From NCBI GenBank assembly GCA_045651025.1, contig JAZRRU010000078.1, positions 1 through 59,076 on the forward strand: a stretch of 59,076 nt of DNA, read 5' to 3'. The notes below the pieces were generated by a model. That model saw only the letters and a program-made list of their open reading frames with translations, ran no database searches and was not told the origin of the DNA. The position numbers and the translations under genes are program-made. Every line of letters starts with the position of its first letter. The stretch's first letter is position 1. The DNA is from Eubacteriales bacterium (GTDB lineage: Bacteria; Bacillota; Clostridia; Oscillospirales; CAG-382). Below, in pieces: positions 8,376 through 16,790 of this stretch.

Positions 8376-9893
8376 ATGAAAAAGCTTTTAGTTTGCCTTC
8401 TCGCTTTGCTTATGGTGATCCCTTTTATGGTTGCTTGCGGCGGCGACACCGATGACAATCAGAGCAAATCTTCCTCTTCCGGCGATAAGGATGCGTTGAA
8501 GACCCCCGTCGTTGACCTCGGCGGCAGAGAAATCAACATTCTTTGCTGGGACTTTGGCGCAGGTAACAAGTCCATCAAGGGCTTCACCGGCGAAATCATG
8601 TACGACGAAAACAGCTCCAACTCCGTAGACCTTGCGAAGAAGGAAGTTGTTTCCCGCGTTCAGGAGCTTTACAACTGCAAGATCGTTGGTACTCTTACCT
8701 CCAACACGAACGAAAAGATCCCTGCAGTCGTTAAAGAACAGGTTCAGGCGGACAACCACGAGTTTGATATCTGCTTCGACAACCTCGCGCAGGCATCCAC
8801 TCTCGCTCTTGAGAAATTCGTTCTCGACCTCAACACCGTTCCCGGTATCGACCTCAAGGCATCCTGGTGGGACCAGAACGCAGTTAAAGACCTTTCCATC
8901 GGCGGCAAGGTTTACTTCACCTGCGGTGACATCAACACCTTCGACGATCAGGGTACTTGGGTAATCCTTTTCAACAAGACCCTCAAAGAAAAGCAGAACA
9001 TCGAAGAAAACTTCTATGAACTCGTTGATGAAAACAAATGGACCTACGACAAGTTCGTTGAAATCTGCACGAAGAACAAGGTTACTCACGACTCCAACGG
9101 TGACAACACTCTCGACGAGCTCGACACCTGGGCATACGGCGGCGAGACCTTCAACATCTACGTTCACCTCGTTGCAGCAGGTATGAAGATCGCTAACAAA
9201 GACGAAGTTACCGACCTTCCTTACCTCACCGTTTCCACCGAAGCACAGACCACCTACTCTGCACTCACCAAGATTCTCGAGTTCTACAACGACCAGAACA
9301 CTGTTATGATCGCAGACAGCCCCCTCTATGCTTCCAAGTTCCCCTGGGGTACCTACAACCCGTTTGACGAAACCGTTCACAAGGCATTCATCGAAGGCCG
9401 TGAGCTCTTCTACATGGGCGGTCTCTTCAACCTCGTTTCTCTCCGTGATATGGCTGAGGGTCAGGAATTCGGTATTCTCCCGATTCCGAAGAACAGCGCT
9501 ACTCAGGACAGATATTACCATACCGTTTCTCACAACAACGCAAGCGTAATGTTCCTTCCTGCTTCCATCCCTGCTTCTGACCTCAACAACATCGGTCACG
9601 TTATCTCTGCTCTCGGCGAACTCTCCGAAAAGCAGGTAACTCCCGAATTTTACGATGTTCAGCTCAAGTACCGTGATGCAAGAGACGATGAATCGGGCAG
9701 AATGCTCGACCTCATCTTCGACTCCCGTTCCTTCGACCTCGGCGCTGCTTACAACTGGGGCGCTGACGCAAACGGCTGGGGCGGTATCCTCGGTCAGTAT
9801 ATGAGTCTCGACCCCAACGTTGCGTCCAGATTCGAGTCTGTTCTCAGCAAATCGGAGACCGCGTTGAACGATATGCTTGCAAAGATCAAATAA
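8376..9893 (+). CDS. ABC-transporter extracellular solute-binding lipoprotein (sugar-type SBP family 1), orphan
   Basis: Lipobox MVIPFMVACGG followed by an S/D-rich linker. The size (505 aa) and overall pattern fit large carbohydrate SBPs. No permease or ATPase genes are adjacent. Confidence 0.75.
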   Translation: MKKLLVCLLALLMVIPFMVACGGDTDDNQSKSSSSGDKDALKTPVVDLGGREINILCWDFGAGNKSIKGFTGEIMYDENSSNSVDLAKKEVVSRVQELYNCKIVGTLTSNTNEKIPAVVKEQVQADNHEFDICFDNLAQASTLALEKFVLDLNTVPGIDLKASWWDQNAVKDLSIGGKVYFTCGDINTFDDQGTWVILFNKTLKEKQNIEENFYELVDENKWTYDKFVEICTKNKVTHDSNGDNTLDELDTWAYGGETFNIYVHLVAAGMKIANKDEVTDLPYLTVSTEAQTTYSALTKILEFYNDQNTVMIADSPLYASKFPWGTYNPFDETVHKAFIEGRELFYMGGLFNLVSLRDMAEGQEFGILPIPKNSATQDRYYHTVSHNNASVMFLPASIPASDLNNIGHVISALGELSEKQVTPEFYDVQLKYRDARDDESGRMLDLIFDSRSFDLGAAYNWGADANGWGGILGQYMSLDPNVASRFESVLSKSETALNDMLAKIK

Positions 9894-9928
9894 GCATACC
9901 AACTTTAGATATTTTTAGGAGAAACTAC

Positions 9929-10786
9929 ATGAGTATTATCGAAGCGGTAATATATGGAATAATTCAGGGCATTGCCGAATTTCTTCCGATCTCGAGCTCG
10001 GGGCATCTCGCGCTTGCACAGAACTTCACTCAGAAAATTTCGGGTGAGGTCATCAACGCGGAATCGAACTTCACCTTCAACATCGCGCTTCACCTCGCAA
10101 CGTTGATCTCGGTGTGCGTCGTTTACCGCAAGGACGTTCTCGATCTTATCAGAGGTTTCTTCTCTCTCGTTAACAAACTCTTCACCGGCAAGCTCAAGTC
10201 GGGACTCGAAAAGGGCGAAAAGCTGTTTTTGATGCTCTGCGTCGCAACTCTTCCCCTCGTTCCCGTTAAGCTTCTCGGTCTTGATGAGTCGGTCGAAGCA
10301 CTCGGCGGTATCAGCTGGGCTATCGGCATCCTTCTCATCATCAACGGAACAATGCTTTTTGTAAGCGACCGTCTTGCGAACGGAGGAACCACCGCCGAAA
10401 AGGGCGGCTTCCTCCGCCCGCTGGGCGTTGGATGTATGCAGGCGATCCTCGGTATTCTTCCCGGCATCTCCCGTTCGGGCTCGACTATCACCGGCGGTAA
10501 GATTTTCGGTTATACCCGTGAGGAAGCGGTAAGATTCTCCTTCCTTATGTCGATTCCTGCGATTTTGGGTGCTTGTGTTTTCGAACTGCCCGATATGTTC
10601 GAGCAGGGCTTTTCTGCGGATATGTTCGCTCCCGTTATCGTGGGCGCGGTCGTCGCTATGGTCGTCGGCTTCTTCGCGATAAAGCTCTTGCAGTATCTCA
10701 CGAAAAACAAAAGCTTCGCCTTTTTTGCATTCTATTGCATCATCGTCGGCGTCGGCTCGATCGTTGCTGACCTCGCGTTGATGTAA
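9929..10786 (+). CDS. uppP: Undecaprenyl-diphosphate phosphatase
   Basis: The N-terminal signature GIIQGIAEFLPISSSGHL and the PGISRSGSTI motif are present. It is a polytopic membrane protein of 285 aa. Confidence 0.93.
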   Translation: MSIIEAVIYGIIQGIAEFLPISSSGHLALAQNFTQKISGEVINAESNFTFNIALHLATLISVCVVYRKDVLDLIRGFFSLVNKLFTGKLKSGLEKGEKLFLMLCVATLPLVPVKLLGLDESVEALGGISWAIGILLIINGTMLFVSDRLANGGTTAEKGGFLRPLGVGCMQAILGILPGISRSGSTITGGKIFGYTREEAVRFSFLMSIPAILGACVFELPDMFEQGFSADMFAPVIVGAVVAMVVGFFAIKLLQYLTKNKSFAFFAFYCIIVGVGSIVADLALM

Positions 10787-10806
10787 CCTAAAAAACACCC
10801 CTAAAA

Positions 10807-10832
10807 AGCCGAAGACAGAGTTTGCTTCGGCT
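10807..10832 (+). other. Intergenic stem-loop (agccgaag-N10-cttcggct) just upstream of the ftsK RBS; function unknown
   Basis: Exact 8-bp arms read directly. No T-run follows; it is followed by GAAAAGGAG and GTG at 10849. Confidence 0.4.
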
Positions 10833-10848
10833 GAAAAGGAGTTAAAAA

Positions 10849-13266
10849 GTGGCACAGAAAAAGAAAAGCAGAACCGTCTCGACGAAGAAAAAGACGTCTG
10901 CTTCAAAGAAAACTCAAAAAGAAATAAAGGTCGATCGTTCGGAGATTATTCGCCTCGCGGTCGGCTTTCTCGCGTTTTTTATCATCCTCACGTTCATCCC
11001 TGCGATAAACAGCGGATGGCTCGGAGCTGCGATTACGAAATTCCTGAAAGGTCTTTTCGGACCGATGTATTACGTCGTTCCTTTCCTTATTCTTATTGTA
11101 GATATAAGCTGGGGACGCGACAGACGAAACAACTGCGCGAAGACGAAATATTTCCTCTATGCGCTCGAGTTTATTTTTATTTCGCTCGTAGTTCAGATCG
11201 CCGTTGCGGGCGGAGAGTTTGCTCCGCTTAACACGCTTTACGGAACGGGTATGAATTTTGAAAGCGCGGGACTCGTGAGCGGTTCGATCGCGATGGCGTT
11301 CATCTCGACGATCGGCGCGACCGCTTCGATGATCCTTGCGATAACGGGCATCTTCACCTGCACCGTTCTCCTTTGCGGCGCAACGCCGAAGGATACGGTT
11401 ATGGCTATCGTCAACTATTTCCGCGACAGCGCCGCGCGTGCACGCGCCGAGGCGGAGGACGATGAGGTTGATGAAGAGGATTGCATCCCCGAAGAACCGA
11501 AGGAACCGAAAAAGAAAAAAACCGAAACCCCCGAGCCCGTCGAGCTTCCCGAAGACCCTGCTCTTCTTGAGCCGGTCGAGACTTTTGACGACGGCTTGTA
11601 TATAATTCCCGAAAATGACGAAGCTCCGAACCTCAGAGTAGAGCCCGAAGAGCTTCCTATTATAGAAGAACCCGAGCCCGAACCCGTCGAACGTCCTCTT
11701 TCGCCTCTGCTCGAGGACGACGAAGACGAAGAGCTCTGCCTCGACCCGATCGAGGACACACCTTACGTTTTCCCGCCGATCTCGCTTCTCACCGCCGACG
11801 AGGGTATCACGGGCGGTCCTACGAGAGCCGATGTTGAGCGCACGAGCCGAAAGCTCGAGGAGGTTCTTTCGAGCTTCAACGTAAAGGCAAAGGTCATCAA
11901 CTGCACCTATGGCCCCACGGTCACGAGATATGAGGTTCAGCCGGAGACGGGCGTGCGCGTAAAGGCGATCTCGAACCTCGCCGACGATATCGCGCTCCAC
12001 CTTGCCGCGACCGCGGTCAGAATTGAAAACATCCCCGGAAAAGCGGCGGTCGGTATCGAAATACCGAACCGAAACGTTTCCACGGTACGTCTCAGAGGAT
12101 TGATCGATAACCCGACCTTCCGTGATAACAAGAGCCGTCTCTTCACGGCGCTCGGCGAGGATGTTGCGGGTAACCCCGTCTATCTCGATATCGCGAAAAT
12201 GCCCCACCTTCTCGTTGCCGGCGCGACGGGACAGGGTAAGTCGGTCTGCATCAACTCGCTTATCATCTCGCTCCTCTACCGTAACCACCCCAACGACGTA
12301 AAGCTCATACTCATCGACCCGAAAACCGTTGAATTTTCGGACTATAAAGACATTCCGCATCTTCTCGTTCCCGTTATCAACGACCCGAAGAATGCGGCAG
12401 GTACGCTCAACTGGGCTTGTACCGAAATGGAAAACCGCTATCGCCTCATTCAGGAGGTCGGCGCGCGTGACCTTATGGGTTATAACGCGGCTGTCGCCGA
12501 CGATCCCGAGCGCAAGCTTCTTCCCCAGATCGTTATTTTCATCGACGAGTTTGCCGATCTTATGATGACCGCACCCGACGACGTTGAGACCTCGGTCTGC
12601 CGTCTTGCACAGAAGGCGCGTGCCGCAGGCATGCACCTCGTTATCGGTACTCAGAGACCGTCGGTTGACGTTATCACCGGTCTTATAAAGGCGAACATCC
12701 CCTCGAGAATCGCGCTTACGACGACCTCGCAGGTCGACAGCCGTACGATCCTCGATATGACGGGCGCGGAAAAGCTCCTCGGTAAGGGCGATATGCTCTA
12801 TAACCCCGTGGGCGCGATGAAGCCGTTGCGTGTTCAGGGCGCGTTCGTTGACGGAAAGAGCGAGGTTGCATCCGTAACTCAGTTCATAAAAGAAGCGGCT
12901 CATGCTCAGTATGACGAGTCGATCATGAAGCAGATCGAGCAGGAAGCCAAGCTCTGCGGTATGAAGGGCAAGCGCGGTGCTGCCGCTGCCGAAGCTGTTG
13001 ACGACGGCGACGAAAAGGCGGATCCGATGCTTATGGACGCGATCGAGGTCGCAATCGAATGCAACACGGTTTCGACATCACTCTTACAGCGACGCCTCTC
13101 CCTCGGTTATGCCCGTGCGGCAAGAATCATCGACAAGATGGAACGCAAGGGTTATATCGGCGAGTTTGATGCCGCAACGAAGAAACGTAATATTCTCATA
13201 ACCCGCGAGCAGTTCGCCGAGCTCAAAATGAACGGCGAGCCGAAGAAGGAGGAAGAAGATGCTTAA
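10849..13266 (+). CDS. ftsK: DNA translocase FtsK/SpoIIIE
   Basis: GTG start. N-terminal TM helices, then an acidic Pro/Glu linker. Walker A VAGATGQGKSV and Walker B IVIFIDEFADL. C-terminal gamma winged-helix segment (LLQRRLSLGYARAARIID). Confidence 0.93.
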   Translation: MAQKKKSRTVSTKKKTSASKKTQKEIKVDRSEIIRLAVGFLAFFIILTFIPAINSGWLGAAITKFLKGLFGPMYYVVPFLILIVDISWGRDRRNNCAKTKYFLYALEFIFISLVVQIAVAGGEFAPLNTLYGTGMNFESAGLVSGSIAMAFISTIGATASMILAITGIFTCTVLLCGATPKDTVMAIVNYFRDSAARARAEAEDDEVDEEDCIPEEPKEPKKKKTETPEPVELPEDPALLEPVETFDDGLYIIPENDEAPNLRVEPEELPIIEEPEPEPVERPLSPLLEDDEDEELCLDPIEDTPYVFPPISLLTADEGITGGPTRADVERTSRKLEEVLSSFNVKAKVINCTYGPTVTRYEVQPETGVRVKAISNLADDIALHLAATAVRIENIPGKAAVGIEIPNRNVSTVRLRGLIDNPTFRDNKSRLFTALGEDVAGNPVYLDIAKMPHLLVAGATGQGKSVCINSLIISLLYRNHPNDVKLILIDPKTVEFSDYKDIPHLLVPVINDPKNAAGTLNWACTEMENRYRLIQEVGARDLMGYNAAVADDPERKLLPQIVIFIDEFADLMMTAPDDVETSVCRLAQKARAAGMHLVIGTQRPSVDVITGLIKANIPSRIALTTTSQVDSRTILDMTGAEKLLGKGDMLYNPVGAMKPLRVQGAFVDGKSEVASVTQFIKEAAHAQYDESIMKQIEQEAKLCGMKGKRGAAAAEAVDDGDEKADPMLMDAIEVAIECNTVSTSLLQRRLSLGYARAARIIDKMERKGYIGEFDAATKKRNILITREQFAELKMNGEPKKEEEDA

Positions 13267-13681
13267 AAGGTTTTTTGCACTCTTTCTTGCGTTGCTCTGC
13301 ATGGTTCCGTTTTCCGCGTGCTCGAACGCAAACGAGTTCGACCTCACGTTCAACTTTGACGAGAACGGCAAGAAGGAATATATCCATTACACCGACGAAT
13401 GCATCGTCTACGTTGTAAGCGGACTGATGATGTGCACGGTGGACGGAAATCCGAAAATGCTCGAAATGGCGTTCCACGATGGCGATATTTCGGTCGATGC
13501 GCTTCTTGATTCGGCGAAAAAGGATGCCGAAAACGGAGATATCAAGTTCACGGAATATCCCGACGGAAGCGTCGAATATCACTACGACGGCTTTAACCTC
13601 GTCCGCCTCAACCCGATTTCGGGAAGTAAGGATATCTACTTCCTCCCGAAGAACATGGGCTATAACGACATAAATAACTGA
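13259..13681 (+). CDS. Small lipoprotein, unknown function
   Basis: Lipobox LLCMVPFSACS and RBS GGAGGAAG. It overlaps the ftsK end by 8 nt. Confidence 0.7.
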   Translation: MLKRFFALFLALLCMVPFSACSNANEFDLTFNFDENGKKEYIHYTDECIVYVVSGLMMCTVDGNPKMLEMAFHDGDISVDALLDSAKKDAENGDIKFTEYPDGSVEYHYDGFNLVRLNPISGSKDIYFLPKNMGYNDINN

Positions 13682-13682
13682 C

Positions 13683-13711
13683 AAAAAAGGACTCTTCGGA
13701 GTCCTTTTTTT
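13683..13711 (+). terminator. Rho-independent terminator
   Basis: Stem ggactc-ttcg-gagtcc followed by T7. Confidence 0.8.
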
Positions 13712-13846
13712 ATGCTCGCGGTTTTGCTTTTTCTGACCTTCTCTCCGCGGTCGATAATCCGAAAAACAAATCAAGCATACACCGCGTGCAGGAAAAAATC
13801 TGTCACACGACACCGTTCGTGCATAAACTTAAAACGGTGATGTATT

Positions 13847-14974
13847 ATGTTTGATTTTGAAACCCTGTCGATTATCGGCGAGGGGGATTGTGATTACGAG
13901 CGCGCGGTCAGTCCGCCGATATTCCAGACCTCGACCTTCGGCGGCGGGCGTGAATTTTCCTATTCGCGGTGCTCAAACCCGACGCGCTGCGCGCTCGAGC
14001 GCGAGATCGCGGTTCTCGAGGGCGGTCGGTTTGGGTTCGCGTTTTCGTCGGGGCTTGCGGCGATAAATTCGGTCTTTTCGCTCCTCAGGGAGGGAAACAG
14101 AGTTATCGTTTCCGACGACCTCTATGGCGGTACATACCGTATGATAAAAGAAATCTACAAAAAATACGGAATCGAGTTTGTTTTTGCCGACCTGTCGGAC
14201 CTATCGGAAGTAAAAACGCTTTTCTCGGAAAAGGTTGATATGCTTTTTGCCGAGTCACCGACGAACCCGATGATGAAAATTGCGGATATAAGGGCACTGT
14301 CCGAGCTTTGCAAAAACTCGGGCACGCTTTTCGTCGTTGACAACACCTTTCTCACGCCGTATTTTCAGAATCCGCTTTTCTTGGGCGCGGATATCGTCGT
14401 TCATTCCGCGACGAAATACCTCTCAGGGCATCACGACACGGTCGCAGGGATTGCGGTAACCGACCGCGAGGATATCGCGAGCCGTCTGTCGCTTTTCTCA
14501 ATGACGCTCGGGAACGCGCTTTCGCCGTTCGACTGCTGGCTCGTCCTCCGCGGAATCCGAACGCTCCCGATGCGGATGCAAAGGCACGAAAGCAACGCAA
14601 AAAGCGTCGCCGAATTTCTCAAAACTCTCCCCGAGGTTGAACGCGTTTTCTATCCTGCGCTCCCCGAGCATAAGGGACACGAGCTTTGTGCAAGACAATC
14701 GCGGGGATTTGGCGGTGTCGTTACGTTCACGGTGAGAGAGAAGCGTCATGTCGAATCGTTCATAAGAGGAGGAGATATAATCAAATTTGCCGAGAGTCTT
14801 GGCGGTTTTCGGACTCTCGTGACCTATCCTCTGACGCAGACGCATTATTCGATTCCGCCCCAAATGCGCGAGAAGATCGGCATAACCGACCGCACCATCC
14901 GCCTCTCGCTCGGGCTTGAAAACGAAAACGACATAAAAAACGACATGATTAAAATATTGCGTGCCAAGGATTAG
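13847..14974 (+). CDS. PLP-dependent transsulfuration enzyme (cystathionine beta-lyase / gamma-synthase family)
   Basis: Cys/Met-metabolism PLP family pattern: YSRCSNPT, DNTFLTPY, and the Schiff-base lysine in HSATKYLSGHHD. Confidence 0.85.
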   Translation: MFDFETLSIIGEGDCDYERAVSPPIFQTSTFGGGREFSYSRCSNPTRCALEREIAVLEGGRFGFAFSSGLAAINSVFSLLREGNRVIVSDDLYGGTYRMIKEIYKKYGIEFVFADLSDLSEVKTLFSEKVDMLFAESPTNPMMKIADIRALSELCKNSGTLFVVDNTFLTPYFQNPLFLGADIVVHSATKYLSGHHDTVAGIAVTDREDIASRLSLFSMTLGNALSPFDCWLVLRGIRTLPMRMQRHESNAKSVAEFLKTLPEVERVFYPALPEHKGHELCARQSRGFGGVVTFTVREKRHVESFIRGGDIIKFAESLGGFRTLVTYPLTQTHYSIPPQMREKIGITDRTIRLSLGLENENDIKNDMIKILRAKD

Positions 14975-15001
14975 ATCGAATCGCGAACGAAAAACACAAA
15001 G

Positions 15002-15032
15002 ACCGTTACGAGACCGTACGTAACGGTTTTTT
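15002..15032 (+). terminator. Rho-independent terminator
   Basis: Stem accgttacg-N8-cgtaacggt followed by T6. Confidence 0.75.
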
Positions 15033-15117
15033 GTTTAATCCCAACAAGATAACACCCGCAAAAACCGTCTTTTTATTCTGTCGATTTGTCAAATATAGAG
15101 AAGTTTTAACGGGCGTA

Positions 15118-15146
15118 TTGACGCGGTTTTCTCGTCGTGATAGAAT
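15118..15146 (+). promoter_or_regulatory. sigmaA-type promoter TTGACG-17-TAGAAT
   Basis: Hexamers at 15118-15123 and 15141-15146 with a 17-nt spacer, 48 nt upstream of the ATG at 15194. Confidence 0.55.
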
Positions 15147-15193
15147 TTAATCAGAGGAGAGACAACATCTGTCAATCCGGAAGGAGGATTTTT

Positions 15194-16741
15194 ATGAAAA
15201 GATATTTTCTTTTAATTCTCGCGTTTTTGTTCGTGTTCACGTCGTTTTTGACCGCTTGCAACACTCCCGATGAGGATACAAGTGACGTTTCGCTCGTTTC
15301 CGATGAGCTGTCCAAAGATATTTCGGAAACCGAGAGTGATACGGAAAGCGAGAATGAATCCTCGGACGTAGAAATTCCATCCGAATCCCCGTCCGACGAA
15401 GCGTCGGATGCCTCGATAGAAGATATTCCGTCCCACGTTCCCTCCGAATCCCCGGCCGGCGAGCCCGATACTTCGAAGAAACCTGAAACCTCGAAAGAAC
15501 CCGAAGTGTCAAAAGAACCCGAAGTGTCAAAAGAACCCGAAACCTCGAAAGAACCCGACACGTCAAAAGATGTTTCGGAAACGCCCGACGACGAACCGAA
15601 AACCCTCACGGAAAAAGAGGTTCTGAAAACGAAAAAAGTCCTTTATTACAGCGGAAACAAATACAGATTTACCGATGTAACGCTTCATATAGAATATCAG
15701 GGCATTACCGAGTACGATTACGCAAGCAATCTTATGAACTATATTTCCAACAACACCGTCGATTCCGATACCTATTTCCTCGTAGGAATAAGAACGATGT
15801 TCGGACCGTCCTCTACGGAACATGACGCCGAGGAAGTCAAAAAGATATTGGATGAAGCAGGAATGGTTTTTGCTGTTGATCATCCGCTTTCATTTAAGTC
15901 GGAGCTCTACGTTAAAGCTGACATGAGCGATACGGAAAAAAGGCAGACCTACGCAAAACGCTGGAAGAGAATACTTCCCGATTTTGATGATACGAAATAT
16001 ACGATAGAGCAGATGAAATATATCCCGATGTTTTCAAAAATCGGCTACGTTACCGCCGACGGATTGAAAAAGCTGGATTCGCACAAGGAATATGCCATCT
16101 ATCTGACATGGCTCAACGCTCCCGATAATTACAAGGTATGGGAAAATTCGATTGTCTCACGTTCCACCAATACTCTTTCCGAAGACAATATCCTGAAAAC
16201 AAAAAACGTTCTTTATTACGATGGCGATCACTATACACACATGAGAACCGAACTGTTGCCTCACGGAACTAAGGAAGTTTTTTCTTCCGTTACGGGCGAA
16301 TCGATAAAGGAATATATCGAGAATGAAACCGTTGATTCTAACACCTATTTTTTGATTGGGATAGAATGGATGAAGAATACCGTTCTCGAACACAGCGCTT
16401 CCCAGCGGGATGCGGACAACAGAAGAGTGCTCAAAGAGGTCGGGATGGTGCTCTCGAACGATCATCCTCTGCTCACTGCACTTATGCCCAAGATAGGAAC
16501 ACCTACCACGGAAGCCGAAACGAGAAGCGCTTATATAAAAAGATGGAAGACGGTACTTCCTGATTTTGATGCAAGTAAATATACGACACCACAGGTATGT
16601 CAGCTTCCTAATTTTGACTATATAGGATATATAACCGCGGACGGGTTGAAAAAACTTAATGACCACAAGGACTATGCGATCTTTGTGACTTGGCTCAACG
16701 CACCCGATAATTACAAGGTATGGGAAAATTCGATTTACTGA
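15194..16741 (+). CDS. Lipoprotein with acidic linker, (K/E)EPE(V/T)SK repeats and two copies of an unknown ~180-aa domain
   Basis: ATG 15194 follows AAGGAGG; the listed ORF start 15137 is an upstream extension. Lipobox FTSFLTACN. The two domain copies begin KTKKVLYYSGNKY... and KTKNVLYYDGDHY.... Both end in YAI(Y/F)(L/V)TWLNAPDNYKVWENSI. Confidence 0.8.
   Translation: MKRYFLLILAFLFVFTSFLTACNTPDEDTSDVSLVSDELSKDISETESDTESENESSDVEIPSESPSDEASDASIEDIPSHVPSESPAGEPDTSKKPETSKEPEVSKEPEVSKEPETSKEPDTSKDVSETPDDEPKTLTEKEVLKTKKVLYYSGNKYRFTDVTLHIEYQGITEYDYASNLMNYISNNTVDSDTYFLVGIRTMFGPSSTEHDAEEVKKILDEAGMVFAVDHPLSFKSELYVKADMSDTEKRQTYAKRWKRILPDFDDTKYTIEQMKYIPMFSKIGYVTADGLKKLDSHKEYAIYLTWLNAPDNYKVWENSIVSRSTNTLSEDNILKTKNVLYYDGDHYTHMRTELLPHGTKEVFSSVTGESIKEYIENETVDSNTYFLIGIEWMKNTVLEHSASQRDADNRRVLKEVGMVLSNDHPLLTALMPKIGTPTTEAETRSAYIKRWKTVLPDFDASKYTTPQVCQLPNFDYIGYITADGLKKLNDHKDYAIFVTWLNAPDNYKVWENSIY
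15461..15568 (+). repeat. 6 x 18-nt in-frame tandem repeat (EP[DE][TV]SK)
   Basis: Units include gaacccgaagtgtcaaaa, which occurs twice exactly, plus four variants, read directly. Confidence 0.85.
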
Positions 16742-16748
16742 TAACACA

Positions 16749-16782
16749 AAAAACTGCCGTAAGCTCGACTTACGGCAGTTTT
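16749..16782. terminator. Bidirectional terminator (ctgccgtaag-ctcga-cttacggcag)
   Basis: A perfect 10-bp stem flanked by A5 and T4, between convergent genes. It is identical to the terminator at 24767-24800. Confidence 0.8.
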
Positions 16783-16790
16783 AATTTTAT

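Noticed and set aside
8388-12903. Long antisense ORFs opposite the SBP gene (504 aa) and ftsK (666 aa)
   Set aside because: The sense strands carry unmistakable family motifs (lipobox SBP; FtsK Walker A/B). The antisense translations are compositionally odd and lack start signals. They are shadow ORFs caused by the codon bias.
13712-13846. Looked for a SAM/T-box riboswitch upstream of the transsulfuration gene
   Set aside because: The region is only ~135 nt. It has no S-box or T-box conserved boxes that I can recognise, and only weak hairpins.
15137-15193. Upstream extensions of the two lipoprotein ORFs (15137 and 23776 starts)
   Set aside because: The internal ATGs (15194, 23869) sit 6-8 nt after AAGGAGG/GGGAGG and give canonical MKRY...lipobox N-termini. 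The 23776 extension overlaps the end of the S8 gene.
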